This document shows positions 6,581 through 17,200 of a stretch of DNA of 42,481 nucleotides, piece by piece. The stretch is from the IMG/VR virus record IMGVR_UViG_3300017655_000010, positions 1-42,481 of that record, one strand, 5' to 3'. The stretch comes from a virus (taxonomy: Duplodnaviria > Caudoviricetes). Below the pieces are notes generated by a model. That model was given only the letters and a program-made list of their open reading frames with translations, was not told the DNA's origin and made no database searches. Made by a program: the position numbers and the translations under genes. Each line of letters starts with the position of its first letter. Within the stretch, counting starts at the first letter, position 1.

Positions 6581-6946
6581 CTACCTGGTAGACACCCGGA
6601 TGGAGGCGGTGCAGTAGGCGTAGGGGCCGGGGACCACCCCAGAGCCACTCTCAATCCGCCTTTCGTCCACCTTCAAGCCCCCCTCACCGCGCCTTTCGGC
6701 CTCCTCCAGGGCGATCCGAAGGGCATCCCGGCGGCATCCCTGCTCAATCCCGCCCAGGTCCACCGAACCACCCGCAGGAATGGCCGTAGAACGCCGCACA
6801 GAGGCCCTAAAGGCCCCGCTGGTGTCATCCCCCAGGGACCACTCCAGGCCGTCTGTACGGTGCTGGTAGGGGCCTCCAGGGAGGGATGGGCCGGTGGAGC
6901 AGGCAGAGAGGAGGATGAGGGGGAGGAGGAGGGGGTGGGGTCGCAT
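6581..6946 (-). CDS. Putative lipoprotein
   Basis: Signal peptide MRPHPLLLPLILLSAC with lipobox; AGGAG RBS. Confidence 0.65.
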   Translation of the reverse strand: MRPHPLLLPLILLSACSTGPSLPGGPYQHRTDGLEWSLGDDTSGAFRASVRRSTAIPAGGSVDLGGIEQGCRRDALRIALEEAERRGEGGLKVDERRIESGSGVVPGPYAYCTASIRVSTR

Positions 6947-7135
6947 GAGGCACTCCTAGGGACACCTTTAGGGCCACCCTAGGGCTATGCCCCCGAAGGA
7001 TGGACACCGAAGGTGGACATCCGTAGGGGGCGTGCCTGCGAGCAACCCTCGGTGGAAGGAGATAGGGGTGGATGTGGTGGTGGTGAACCCCTCACCCACC
7101 CCTCCTACTAACTATAACTGTAACCTAGGGGGAGG

Positions 7136-7155
7136 GTGGGGTAGCGCAACCTAAT
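7136..7155 (-). promoter_or_regulatory. Putative phage RNAP promoter (right-end, phiOR-like)
   Basis: ATTAGGTTGCGCTACCCCAC immediately after terL. Confidence 0.65.
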
Positions 7156-7176
7156 TGGGTGCAGTCAGACTGCACT

Positions 7177-8877
7177 TTAGGTCCGCACCCACATCGGTCC
7201 CACCGAGGTCCGTCCACCGCAGGCTTCGATGAACTTCTCCAGCTCCTTCCGCAGCGCCTCCTCGCGCAGCTCCTCCGCCGCCTTCTCCTGGTCCCGCGCC
7301 ATGCGCTCCGCGAAATAGGCGACAGCGCCAGCCAGCGCGTCCAGGCGGCCATCCTGCTTGAGGGCGCCCTTGTCCCGCGTGATGCGCGTGAGCTGGTGGA
7401 ACAGGCGGTAGGCGTGCTTGGTGTCGGAGCTGTAGCTCTCCACCGAGCGGTAGTCCTTCTCGATGACCCTGGGGTCCACGATCAGGCGATGCTGCGCCAG
7501 GACCGGGGCCAGGGTGTCGATGATCCGCAGCTCCTTCTGCCGCGTGTGCTTCACGCCCTCCACGCCGCACGGGTGCGTCTTGGCGAGGTACGGCTTGAGC
7601 AGCTCGCGGAACATGCCGTCACCGAAGTTGTCCTCCACCAGCACGAGGTTGACGTTGTGCGCCTTGGCGGCGTCCGCGAAGCCCTGGAGGGTGGCCGGTG
7701 CGTAGCCGTGCATGAAGCCGCCCACGTCCCGCAGGAACAGGTTGCCGTTGAGGAAGGACAGGGCCGCGTAGCTGGCCTCGTCGGCGCCGCCGCCCGCCGG
7801 GTCGATGAACATGACGGTGCCCTGGTAGGGCGCCCACTCGCGGGGATCGTCGGAGGTCCGCCACGGGCGATACCACTTGTCCCCCGAGAGGCCGACGTTC
7901 GGGAGGTCCGGGAGGGCCAGCTCGGGCATCGAGCCCCACGTCACCTTGCCGGGCGCCTCGTTGGGCGGGCAGGACATGACGATGAGGTCGGAGGTCTTGA
8001 GCGGGTAGCGGTCCACGTCGGACAGCTTCGGGTCCAGCATGAACTGGAGCGCGAAGCCCGCCTTGCCGTAGGACAGCTCGCGCTTCGCCAAGTCCTCGTC
8101 ATCGAACCGCTTGGGGTCCGTCGAGGCCCCCGCACGGGAACCCTTATCCAGCCCCCGGAGGATCATCGGGGCGAGGTCGTCGCCGTAGCTGCGGGCCTGC
8201 GCCGGGGTGGGGAACCGGGCGGGCCAGATGCGCGTCTCGTAGCCACGCTGCCGCAGGAGGCCGTAGAGGGTAAGCTCCGTCTGCGGGGTGCCCAGGTAGA
8301 CCACGCGACCACCTGGTTTCAGCACGGCGTCGAACTCCTTCACACGCTCCGCGAGCTTGTCCCGCATGGTCTGCGTTTCGGAGTTGTTCGGAACCTCCAC
8401 GTCGTCCGCGATGATGATGTTGGCGCGGGAGCCGGTGAGCTGGCCGAAGATGCCCACCGACTTGACGGACGGCGAGTGGTCCGGGCGGGCCGGGCCGACA
8501 TCGAACGCGAGGTTGGAGTTGCGCTGTTCGGGGCGGGACCGCAGGGGCGCGAGGATCGGCATGTCCTCGATCAGCCGCTTGACGAAGGTGGAGAACTGGT
8601 CGGCGCGGTCCTTCGAGGCGGACACGGCCATGATCTTCTGGTCGGGGTCGCGGAGCAGCTCCCAGGCGGTGAAGGCCGACGTGATGTAGGACTTACCGAC
8701 GCCTCGGAACGCCTGGATCATCTGGCGGTCGGGGCCGTGCTGGAGGTACTCGCAGATGTCGTACTGGACCGGAGTGGGGTCCGGGAGGTTGAGGTGCTTC
8801 CACACGAGAAAGACGAAGTTGCGGAAGTCCTCTAGCGGCCCGAGGCCGGGGGTGGGTTTGCCTTTCGGCTTGGTCAT
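7177..8877 (-). CDS. terL: Terminase large subunit (T7 gp19-like)
   Basis: AFRGVGKS Walker A, TGSRANIIIADDVE Walker B, LGTPQT, IDPAGGGADE nuclease motif. Confidence 0.97.
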   Translation of the reverse strand: MTKPKGKPTPGLGPLEDFRNFVFLVWKHLNLPDPTPVQYDICEYLQHGPDRQMIQAFRGVGKSYITSAFTAWELLRDPDQKIMAVSASKDRADQFSTFVKRLIEDMPILAPLRSRPEQRNSNLAFDVGPARPDHSPSVKSVGIFGQLTGSRANIIIADDVEVPNNSETQTMRDKLAERVKEFDAVLKPGGRVVYLGTPQTELTLYGLLRQRGYETRIWPARFPTPAQARSYGDDLAPMILRGLDKGSRAGASTDPKRFDDEDLAKRELSYGKAGFALQFMLDPKLSDVDRYPLKTSDLIVMSCPPNEAPGKVTWGSMPELALPDLPNVGLSGDKWYRPWRTSDDPREWAPYQGTVMFIDPAGGGADEASYAALSFLNGNLFLRDVGGFMHGYAPATLQGFADAAKAHNVNLVLVEDNFGDGMFRELLKPYLAKTHPCGVEGVKHTRQKELRIIDTLAPVLAQHRLIVDPRVIEKDYRSVESYSSDTKHAYRLFHQLTRITRDKGALKQDGRLDALAGAVAYFAERMARDQEKAAEELREEALRKELEKFIEACGGRTSVGPMWVRT

Positions 8878-8989
8878 GGGGCTCCAACAAAAAGCCCCGC
8901 AGAAGCCCGGAGAGGGCCGCCACGGGGCGAGAGGTAGGGGTGGACCGGCGGGAAGCTGGAGGGGCCTAGGCGGCCACCGGAGGGGCGCC

Positions 8990-9469
8990 CTAGGGCAGGA
9001 TTGCCCGGAGGTCCGCCAGGATCAGCTCGCACTCCTCCAGCGTCATGTCTGACCGCAGCCGGTTGTAGCGGTGGGACACCCAGCGGACGTTGCCGGGGAC
9101 GTAGCCCAGGGCCGCGATGATGCGGTCCAGGGAGGGGCTGTTGTCGGTGAGGACGCCTATGCCCCGCGTCAGGGGGATACCCAGGACCGGACACCGCGCC
9201 GGGATCGGCGGGATGTCGGGACGCCGCAAGGTGCAGGGAAGGCCCTTCCGCTTGGCCCGCTTACGGGCGGCGTCGAGCAGCTCCCCGATGGTGTCCTTGC
9301 GGTAGGGCTTGCGGCGCTCCGCGACGACCAGCGCGTTCTGCTGCCGGTAGGCGGCGCTACGGCGGGCCATACAGTCCCGGCAGTAAGTCGAGCGCCCGCC
9401 CGGACGGCTCTTGTCTTGGCCGAACTTGGCGGGGTCTTGCTCGTTACAGGAGGGACAGGGCGGAGACAT
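8990..9469 (-). CDS. HNH-like endonuclease with zinc-binding Cys pairs
   Basis: CPSC...CRDC, CPVLG, SPSLDRI..GYVPGNVRWVSHRYN. Confidence 0.75.
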   Translation of the reverse strand: MSPPCPSCNEQDPAKFGQDKSRPGGRSTYCRDCMARRSAAYRQQNALVVAERRKPYRKDTIGELLDAARKRAKRKGLPCTLRRPDIPPIPARCPVLGIPLTRGIGVLTDNSPSLDRIIAALGYVPGNVRWVSHRYNRLRSDMTLEECELILADLRAILP

Positions 9470-9510
9470 TTCAGTAGTCTATGCCCTGTTCTTCACCTCG
9501 TCTAGGAGGC

Positions 9511-9741
9511 TTAGTGCGGGTACTCCGTGTCGTCACTCGTGGGGAACGGCACCATCCGCGCTAGGTCGGCGGCGGGCGAGCCCGGCTGCACCACGGCGCT
9601 GATGTCGTTCTCCTTGAGGAAGCGGATGGCGGCCATGAAGTCCGCCGGTGCGGCGGTGCCGCTGCTGATCCGCTTGAGGAGCTGCTTCGCCGTCTCCTCG
9701 TGGAGCTGGGCGAGGATGTCCTGGAGGGCGTCCTTGTCCAT
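9511..9741 (-). CDS. terS: Terminase small subunit (T7 gp18-like)
   Basis: LAQLHEETAKQLLKRISSGTA.PADFMAAIRFLKENDI; start re-set to MDKD. Confidence 0.85.
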   Translation of the reverse strand: MDKDALQDILAQLHEETAKQLLKRISSGTAAPADFMAAIRFLKENDISAVVQPGSPAADLARMVPFPTSDDTEYPH

Positions 9742-9995
9742 CACAGCGGCTCCCCGGTAGGTGCAGTTGACTGCACTTCCGGCTCCGCGACAGCCCACAC
9801 GCCGAGGATGACAGCGGAAAGCTCCGGCCCGGTGCGCTTGAGGCCCGCCGGGATGGGAAGCGCCGCGTCGGTGCGGACGTTGACATAGGCCACCCCGTCC
9901 AAGTCGCGGGGGCCGAGGACGTTAGGCTGACCCTCGATGGCGGCAGCTACCGTCTCCAGGGGGCCATTCCAGAGGTTGTCGAAAGGTTCAGGCAT
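9741..9995 (-). CDS. Hypothetical protein
   Basis: 84 aa, GAGG RBS, coupled to terS. Confidence 0.65.
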   Translation of the reverse strand: MPEPFDNLWNGPLETVAAAIEGQPNVLGPRDLDGVAYVNVRTDAALPIPAGLKRTGPELSAVILGVWAVAEPEVQSTAPTGEPL

Positions 9996-10002
9996 AGGTT
10001 CC

Positions 10003-11268
10003 TCAGTTGGCGGAGATGAGAGACAGCTCGGCGTCCGACATGACGCGCGGGATGAAGTCGATCAGTGCGACGATGCCTGCGGTCGGGCTGACGCTGGTTC
10101 CAGGCCCCATCGGGCGGATCGGATACCGGAGCAACACGTCCAGCGGGAGCACCGCGTCGTTCCGCGAAGCTGCCACCCCGTTCAGGGCGTGTCCGAACCT
10201 GGAGCCACCATAGGTAAGCGCGTAGGTGTTCCAGGAACCGGGCCGGAAGCTGGATAGGGTGGGCGCGTCGTAGCCTGTCCCTCCGTTGGTGCAGCGCGTA
10301 GCCATGGCGATTGCGGAATTGGACGGGACGAACCCTAGGAGGCGGTTCGATGCCGAGCCGTCAGACCACGAGAACACACCCCGGTTGGGGGACTGCGCGG
10401 TGCCCGCCAAGTCCATCCAGCGGATCAGGAACGTCCCTTTGCGTCCGCCTCCGGGAAGCGTCCGGGGGTCGAGGCTAAGAGCGTCCACCGCTCGGGCCGT
10501 CGCGCCAAACGTTCCGGGGGCTGTCAGGATTGGCGTGGACGGGAAGGACGCCTGCTCGGCCTGTACGGCGCAAACGTCGAAGATCGTGTCGTAGACACCA
10601 TTCACCGATACCCCGAAGGAAAGGCCGGGCTGGAAGTAGGCGATGGTGCTGTCTGTCCCGAACTGCCGTGTGTGGTCGAAGCGGCGGAGCGTTTCATCAG
10701 GAGCGAACGAGTTGGTCGGACTTTCCCCTGAAACCGCGCCACCGCTGCTGTTGCGGACAATACTGCGGATGCCCCAATTCTCCGCGCCAGCTCCGCGCTT
10801 CTCCACGAGAGCGAGGGACAGGGAGGCCGCCCACCACTGGCCCGGACTGACCGCAATGGAGTTAGCCGTCTCCAGGTTGATGATGACGTTGCCGTTTGCG
10901 GTGGCCGTGCCGTAGAGCCTCACACGCTGTCCACGCTGGCCGATGCGAACCACAGGACCAAGCCACTCCAGAGTGATCCCGTAGTTGGTCTGCGGCTGCC
11001 AGTAGTTGGGGACCGCACCGACCGAGGAGGCGTCCCCGCCGGGGTTGCGGATGTTGTTGGTCCGCTGTTCCTCGATCAGGAAACCCGCAGGCCCACCCGC
11101 CGGGACGTAGTAGGGGCGCGGAGCGTCTGCCGGGAAGCTCAACAGACTTCCGCCCTCTCCGAACGCCCAGGCGGCCGAGGCGCGGCTCCAGGTTGCCAGC
11201 GGGGACAGGGAAGCCCCGGAGAGGAGGGACTGACGTCCCGCCCCTCCCCCGCCGAATAGCGGGAGCAT
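10003..11268 (-). CDS. Putative tail-associated / carbohydrate-binding protein
   Basis: RASAAW...GFLIEEQRTN..., QAEQASFPSTPILT...RAVD pattern seen in phage fibre and lectin-like proteins; beta-rich; lies in the tail module. Confidence 0.6.
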   Translation of the reverse strand: MLPLFGGGGAGRQSLLSGASLSPLATWSRASAAWAFGEGGSLLSFPADAPRPYYVPAGGPAGFLIEEQRTNNIRNPGGDASSVGAVPNYWQPQTNYGITLEWLGPVVRIGQRGQRVRLYGTATANGNVIINLETANSIAVSPGQWWAASLSLALVEKRGAGAENWGIRSIVRNSSGGAVSGESPTNSFAPDETLRRFDHTRQFGTDSTIAYFQPGLSFGVSVNGVYDTIFDVCAVQAEQASFPSTPILTAPGTFGATARAVDALSLDPRTLPGGGRKGTFLIRWMDLAGTAQSPNRGVFSWSDGSASNRLLGFVPSNSAIAMATRCTNGGTGYDAPTLSSFRPGSWNTYALTYGGSRFGHALNGVAASRNDAVLPLDVLLRYPIRPMGPGTSVSPTAGIVALIDFIPRVMSDAELSLISAN

Positions 11269-11615
11269 CAGTCGAACTCGCGGCTCGACACGACCAGGGT
11301 ACGTGCAGCCGACTGCACCACAGGGGCCGCCGAAGTGCCGCTGCGAAAGCGGACCAGCGGGAGGCCGAGGGGGAGCCGGATGTCGAGGAGGATCAGCCGC
11401 CCGGCGCTGGCCTGAATGGAAACCTCCATGCCGCTCTGGTCGAACACGTTGAACCAGGCGGCCCCGTCAGCGGAAGCCTGAAGGGTCAGCGCAGCGGCAT
11501 CCCACGCGGACGGCATGAGGATGCTCAGGAGGACGCGGTTCTCCACCGCGAACGCCCCCGAGGTGGAGGCGCCGCTGGAGAAGGAGACGTTGGTGCGGGA
11601 GAAGCGAGGGTTCAT
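11268..11615 (-). CDS. Hypothetical virion-associated protein
   Basis: 115 aa; MPSAWDAAALTLQASADG motif; AAAGGA RBS. Confidence 0.7.
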   Translation of the reverse strand: MNPRFSRTNVSFSSGASTSGAFAVENRVLLSILMPSAWDAAALTLQASADGAAWFNVFDQSGMEVSIQASAGRLILLDIRLPLGLPLVRFRSGTSAAPVVQSAARTLVVSSREFD

Positions 11616-11627
11616 GGCGTTCCTTTC

Positions 11628-12959
11628 TTAGATGGTCGGCAGGGTGCCGAAGCGTTCGTGGGAGGGCTTGTGCAGCCAGGGCAGGCCGGTGCGGCTGTTC
11701 TCGGCGGGCACCCCGCGCTTGGGCAGGATGACCGGAGCGTCGGCGCCTACGCGCCCGATCAGGCGGGCCAGGACGCGCTCCAGCGCCTCACCGCAGCGGC
11801 GGTAGCCAGCGGCGCTCAGGTGGGCACCAGAGGCGGCGCGGTACTCGGGACGCGGCAGGGTGGCGTCGGTGGGGTCCGCCACGGCGGCGTCGAAGTCCGC
11901 CAGGAGGATCGTACCGTCAGCCGCCATGCGACGGGCGCGGTTGTTGATCCCCACCCGGTAGGCGTCGGTGGATGCCGGGAGCTGGAACGGAACCGCCGTC
12001 GTCAGGATCGGCACCGCACCCTTCGACCGCGCGTACTCCGCCAGCGCCAGGGCACGCGAGAACGCGGCGTCGGCGTCAGCCTGGGTCTTGGGGTCGTTCG
12101 GGCTCCACACGGAGATCGTCACCACCTCCGGGAGGAACTTGTCGATGGCGTCCCGCCCACGGGCCGCGTAGGCGTCGGAGGTGAAGCCCGACTGTGCGGC
12201 GTTCACGAAGGACACCGGACGGCGGAGGGAGGACAGCCGCAGGGTGGCGAAGTGGCCGGGCGCCCAGAACTCGGAGGTGGACACGTCCTGCCCCTGCGTC
12301 AGGCTGTCGCCCACCGAGAGGACCGTGATGCCCGCCCCTCGGGTGTAGAACTGCAAGGCGCCGGGGATGATCCAGTTGTTCGGTCCAATGGGGTTGGTGA
12401 ACCCGGACACCACGGCGGTCCCGGACTTGTAGTAGCTGCGGAGCAGGCGACCCCCGTCCTGCGCGGGCCAGCCGGATGCCAGCGAGGCGCTGTTGGGGGC
12501 GCTACCGGCGGAGCCCGAGAAGTGGGTGCGGGCCATCAGCAGCGGGCGACCGTCGCTCCCCTCGTCCAGGCGCTCCAGGCTCGGCACCCGCATCCAGTCG
12601 GAGAAGCAGTAGGCCGGAGTGGTCCCATCAGAGGCCGGGATGGTCCCCGTCGCGGAGCCGCCAGGGGCGTAGGTCGGGGTGCCCGCAGCGGCCCCGAAGG
12701 TGACGGGCGTAAAGGCCACCGCGCTCCCGGCGGCGTCGGTCGGGCTGTAGCCATCCCCGATCCGGGCGGAGGGGGCGATGGCGGCGGCGTCGATGGTCGC
12801 GGCGGAGGTCGCCAGGGACGGGTAGACGAGGCGGACCAGATCGAAGTGGCCGTCCAGCGCCCATAGGGTCGAGAAGGTGTAGCTGGCGTTCACGTTCCCG
12901 AAGCCGCGCGAGAACGGCATCTGGGTACGGATCAGGGACAGCTTGGGGTCGTTGGGCAT
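11628..12959 (-). CDS. SGNH/GDSL hydrolase-domain protein (tail-spike-like esterase)
   Basis: VGDSLTQG block I, NAAQSG block II, PND block III, GAHLSAAGY block V; start MPNDP. Confidence 0.75.
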   Translation of the reverse strand: MPNDPKLSLIRTQMPFSRGFGNVNASYTFSTLWALDGHFDLVRLVYPSLATSAATIDAAAIAPSARIGDGYSPTDAAGSAVAFTPVTFGAAAGTPTYAPGGSATGTIPASDGTTPAYCFSDWMRVPSLERLDEGSDGRPLLMARTHFSGSAGSAPNSASLASGWPAQDGGRLLRSYYKSGTAVVSGFTNPIGPNNWIIPGALQFYTRGAGITVLSVGDSLTQGQDVSTSEFWAPGHFATLRLSSLRRPVSFVNAAQSGFTSDAYAARGRDAIDKFLPEVVTISVWSPNDPKTQADADAAFSRALALAEYARSKGAVPILTTAVPFQLPASTDAYRVGINNRARRMAADGTILLADFDAAVADPTDATLPRPEYRAASGAHLSAAGYRRCGEALERVLARLIGRVGADAPVILPKRGVPAENSRTGLPWLHKPSHERFGTLPTI

Positions 12960-12967
12960 CGGGTTCC

Positions 12968-13207
12968 TTACTTGAGCAATTCGAGGAGGGAGGTGAGGGT
13001 AGCGGCGCCGCCACCGGCCAGGGCAGCGAGCGCGGCGAGCCAGCCAACGGCGCGGTTCTTCCACCCTTCGAGTTGCGCGGTGCGAACTTCGAGGGCTTCC
13101 AACCGGCGTTCGTGCTGGTCGTGCCGGGTCAGTAGTAGATCGAGCTTGCCGTCCATCCTCCCGATCAACAGGAGGATGTCCGGGTTGCCCTCGGGCGTGG
13201 TTGTCAC
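12968..13207 (-). CDS. Small coiled-coil protein with C-terminal TM (holin-like candidate)
   Basis: IGRMDGKLD...RRLEALE..., hydrophobic C-terminus. Confidence 0.55.
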   Translation of the reverse strand: MTTTPEGNPDILLLIGRMDGKLDLLLTRHDQHERRLEALEVRTAQLEGWKNRAVGWLAALAALAGGGAATLTSLLELLK

Positions 13208-14226
13208 TTGTTCAGAGACGCGACTTGCTCGCGGAGTGCGCGAACTTCGGCGTCAAGCTCCTGGATGGCTTTCAAGGCGTTGGTGAGAAGGAGCGGGGCG
13301 TTCAGCGAGAGCGTCCCGTCCGATGCGGTGTTGACCCACTCGGGCCGGATGGCCTGGGCGTCCTGGGCGATGACGCCGCCCTTCTGGAGCGGCAGCACGG
13401 TCCCTTCGGGGGCGCCGGGGAACGGCTTGAAGCGGAAGTCGCGGAACGCGAGCTGGCGGATCAGTGGGAGGACCGGCTCGGCGGACGGGGTGATGTCCTT
13501 CTTGAGCCGGGCGTCCGAGAAGAACACGTTGATCCCGCCTGCGGTGCCGTCGATGTTGAACTCGATGTACCCACCGTCAGACCATTTCCAGGGGCCGAAA
13601 CGGTCGAGGGCGTCCACCATGGCGCTGCCCCGCCCGACGCCGCGAGGAGACGCGCAGATGGTCTTGCCGTCCGTGACAAGGCTGGCCTGGGAGTAAATCT
13701 GCCCGGTGGCTGCGAACTGACCGGCGAGGTTGTAGTCGCCCGTCATCGTGGCCCCGCCCGTCAGCGGGACGAAGGAGGCCGACCACCCGTAGGTGTTGCC
13801 TGCCTGGGCGACCAGCGCCTTACCCACGTCCGAGGAGGTCGCGGTCGGGACGGCACGGGCCACCTCGCTCGCCGCGCCGGTCGCCGCCTCCACGGCCTCA
13901 CCCACGATGTCCTCGGCCTTATCGTCAGCCTCCTGGGCGATCAGGAGGTTCTGCCGGGTGGCGAGGTCGAGGGCGCTCTCGGTGAGAACGGAGGCGTCGT
14001 TGAAGTCCACCAGCGCCACTTCCTTCGGGGTGTTCCGGCGGACGCGGACCACGGCCCCCACAGGGGGAGCCGAGGGGAGCTGGATGGTGTTGGAGTTGAG
14101 CCAGGTGAACGAGGCCGAAGCCCCATCCACGGTGACGGAAACATGGTCCTGCGAGATATACTCGAACGGGACCGAGAACAGCTTGGTGGAGCCGTCTCCG
14201 GTGTAGTCGCTGTAGCTGTAGCGCAT
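13204..14226 (-). CDS. Tail fibre: T7 gp17 N-terminal anchor plus C-terminal S74 intramolecular chaperone
   Basis: YTGDGSTKLFSVPFEYI...VRRNTP...VDFNDASVLTESALD...QEA anchor; SDARLKKDI...GVIAQD...KAIQELDAEV chaperone. Confidence 0.9.
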   Translation of the reverse strand: MRYSYSDYTGDGSTKLFSVPFEYISQDHVSVTVDGASASFTWLNSNTIQLPSAPPVGAVVRVRRNTPKEVALVDFNDASVLTESALDLATRQNLLIAQEADDKAEDIVGEAVEAATGAASEVARAVPTATSSDVGKALVAQAGNTYGWSASFVPLTGGATMTGDYNLAGQFAATGQIYSQASLVTDGKTICASPRGVGRGSAMVDALDRFGPWKWSDGGYIEFNIDGTAGGINVFFSDARLKKDITPSAEPVLPLIRQLAFRDFRFKPFPGAPEGTVLPLQKGGVIAQDAQAIRPEWVNTASDGTLSLNAPLLLTNALKAIQELDAEVRALREQVASLNK

Positions 14227-14256
14227 GTCCTTCTTGGGTGCAGTCTACTGCACCTG

Positions 14257-17200
14257 TCAGCGGTTGACTTTGGTACGGGCACGGAGGAAGTCCTCGTCCC
14301 GCATTGCCTTCCGAAGCGCCGGGATTTCCCGGTGCAGCTCCGCCATCGCAGCCAAGCGGTATTCCCCGAGGACACGCCGAAGCACGTCCACGCGGGAGCC
14401 GTCATGGTCGAAGGTGCCGTCCGTCGCGCGGTTCCTGTAGGTGTCGGACTTGATGACCTTCTCCAGGCTCTCGGAGAGGGTCCGCCCGTTCCGCTTGATG
14501 GTCCCCGTCAGCTCCAGGTAGCGGTCGTAGGCGCTCCGCCCGGTGATGGGCGAAGTGTAATCCCGCATGTCCACCGGACCGTACTCGGGGGACGGAGGCC
14601 GGATGGAGGCGCCGTGGATGATGAGCTGCCGGGCGATCTCGTCGTGGACGTTATCCTGGACCGTGTGGCGCCACTCCGGGGTGTTGGGCTGCTGCCCGCC
14701 CTGGTGGACACCCTTGGCGATGGGGGAGATGAAGCTCGGCCCCCAACCCGGCGGGACGTGGATGATCTCGCCCAGGATGTTCCGCTGCGGGTCCACGTCC
14801 TGCGAGAGGCCGGGCGTCTTGGCCCGCATGGCGTCCGCGATGGACCGCACCTCGCGCAGATGCGGGTCGTCTCCGACAAGCTGGTTGAGGGCGGACGGCA
14901 CGAAGCTCCCGGCCACGCCCCACACGAACCGCTCGCCGCGCCGCTCGGGCTCCGCAAGGGCTCCCAAAGCCCGCGTGAGGCCGGACAGGTAGGACTTGCT
15001 CTGGAGGTTCCGGGCGAGCGCCACGGTGGCATCCATGGCGAGCTGCTCGAACTCACGCTCCCCCGCGAACCCGGACACCTCGGCCATGTCTGCGGCGAGG
15101 CCGAAGAACATCCCGAACGGGTCCAGGCGGTCGAAGGCGCGGTACTCGACCGAGCCGTCCTCCTTGGTGATGCGGAAGGAGTAGGGACGCCACCCCGTCT
15201 GCATCAGCTCCTTCTTGGCCTGCGGGTCCGCCGGGCCGCCGCCCGTCACCGTGCCGTCGAAGGCGTAGGTCATGGCCGTGGCCCACAGCGCCCCGCCGGT
15301 CGCCATCTTGGCAGCCGCAGCGCCCCGTGCCTCCGCCCCGTTCCGGCCCAACAGATCATTGCGGAACTGCGTCCGCAGCATGTTGAGGCCAGGGGTGCGG
15401 TCAGCCGCGAACCGGATGATGTTGGTCGGGGTGCGGATGAACGGCAGGATCAGGGTCAGGCCGGGGTGGTTGCCCGCGAGCTTCTGGAGGCTCTCGCCCC
15501 AGGTCGGTCCCCCGGTGAGGGTCTGGGCCTGGAGGTCGGAGGAGAACGTCACCTCACGGGCGGCGCGGATGTGCCGGTCGTCGAGCGCCTGCCCCGTCAC
15601 GGGATCGAACTTCCCGCGCAGAGAGCCCTCGGCGTGTTCGGCCACCTTCTTCACGTTGAGGCCGTACTGAGAGAACCCCTCCCGCAGTCCTTCGGCCCGG
15701 ATGCGGGACCGATAGGTGAGCTGCTTGAAGAACTCGTCCTCCGCCATCAGGAAGCGCGACGGCATACGGATCATCGTGCCCAGGCCGTCCACCACCAGGG
15801 CGGATACCGGGTCGATGGAGGAGGCCGAAGAAGGCGTCCCCAGGCGGCGCGTAGTGATGGCGCTGCGCTGCTCCACCGGGAGGTGCCCAGGGTCCAGCAA
15901 GGTGTCGCCCATACGGAGCGCCTTGGCGGCGGTCCTTGTGGCGTCCACCAGGGACATCGCGATGCCCGCGTACTGGAGCGCACCCTCGGTGAACTCCTTG
16001 CGTCCGCCCGGAGAGGCGATCCGCACGGCCCCTGCGATCATCCGCTCGGCGGGCTGGAGGATCGTGGTCAGGGAGTTGGACATCATGTTGACGGCGTGGG
16101 TCTTGGGACCGGAGAGGACCGAGTTGATCCAATACTCGTTCACCGCCCCGATGGCGTTACGGACCCAGCCGCCACGCACCACGTTGTTGAACGCGGTGAG
16201 GTCGCCCGAGGCCGCCACCTTCGCCGCCATGCGCTTGATCGCATCCTCGCCGCCCTCGAAGAAGGCGTCGGCGCCGTGCTTGAGGAGCGCGGGGTCGAGC
16301 TTCGACGGGAGGCGCATGGAGTTGAGCGCCCGCGCCACATTCGTCTGGATGCCCTTGTAGGCAACCTGGACGTTGGCCGCCAATTCGACGTGGCGCTGGA
16401 ACTGGTTCATCAGCTCCACCCGCGTCTTGTAGCCAGCCGTCGCGGTGCCGGTCGGGTCGTTGATCGCCTCCGCCAGTCGCCGGGTCTTGTCGTGGACCGT
16501 GGCGAGCATGTCGCGATAGACGAGCAGCTCGGCGTCGAGGTTCTTGGTGGTGCCGTGGATGGACGACATCCGCTGCCAGAACAGGTCCGGGTCGTCGCCC
16601 AGCACGTCCGCCAGCCGGTCGGCGTTCTTCCGCACATCCTCCAGGGAGCGGACGGGGAAGTCCCCACCACCTGGTTTCCCGCCGATGGCCTTGTCCAGCT
16701 CCTCCCGATAGACAACCCGGAGGCTGTTCATCATGGAGGCGATGTCCTCGCCGCTCTCGATCAGGTCGGTGCGGATGCCCGAGATGGACCGCCCCTGTCC
16801 GAACCCCGTCTCGCGGAGGTTCTGCTGGACGACTTCCCGCAGCCCCGCATCGTCCACCTCGATCAGCTTCGGGGCGGCGTTACGGTGCGGCGTCGGGTCC
16901 GCCGTGGGGTTGGCCTTCACCTCCGCCGCCGGGCTGTCCGGGTGCGGGCTAGAGCCGCCCTGGAGGTCCAGCTCGGGCTGGTCGGGGCTAGGTGCAGTTG
17001 ACTGCACTTTCTCCTCGGCCTTCCCGCCTGTGGGAGCTTCCGGTTGCGGCTGCGCCCGGCGGTCCTGAGCGAGGATGTCCACGGGGTCCGCAGGACCGCC
17101 CTTGGGGGCCGCCTTGTCCAGCTCGTCGGCTGCCGCAGCGGTGGCCGCCTTGTCGCCCTTGCGGGCCGCCCGGAGGAGCCCCAGGCCCCGGATCAGACCG

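Noticed and set aside
7108-7120. I-CeuI-like TAACTATAAC
   Set aside because: Only 10 bp match, explained by local TAAC repeats.
8886-8915. Terminator before terL
   Set aside because: Stem is mostly G-U pairs, and a terminator directly before terL is implausible.
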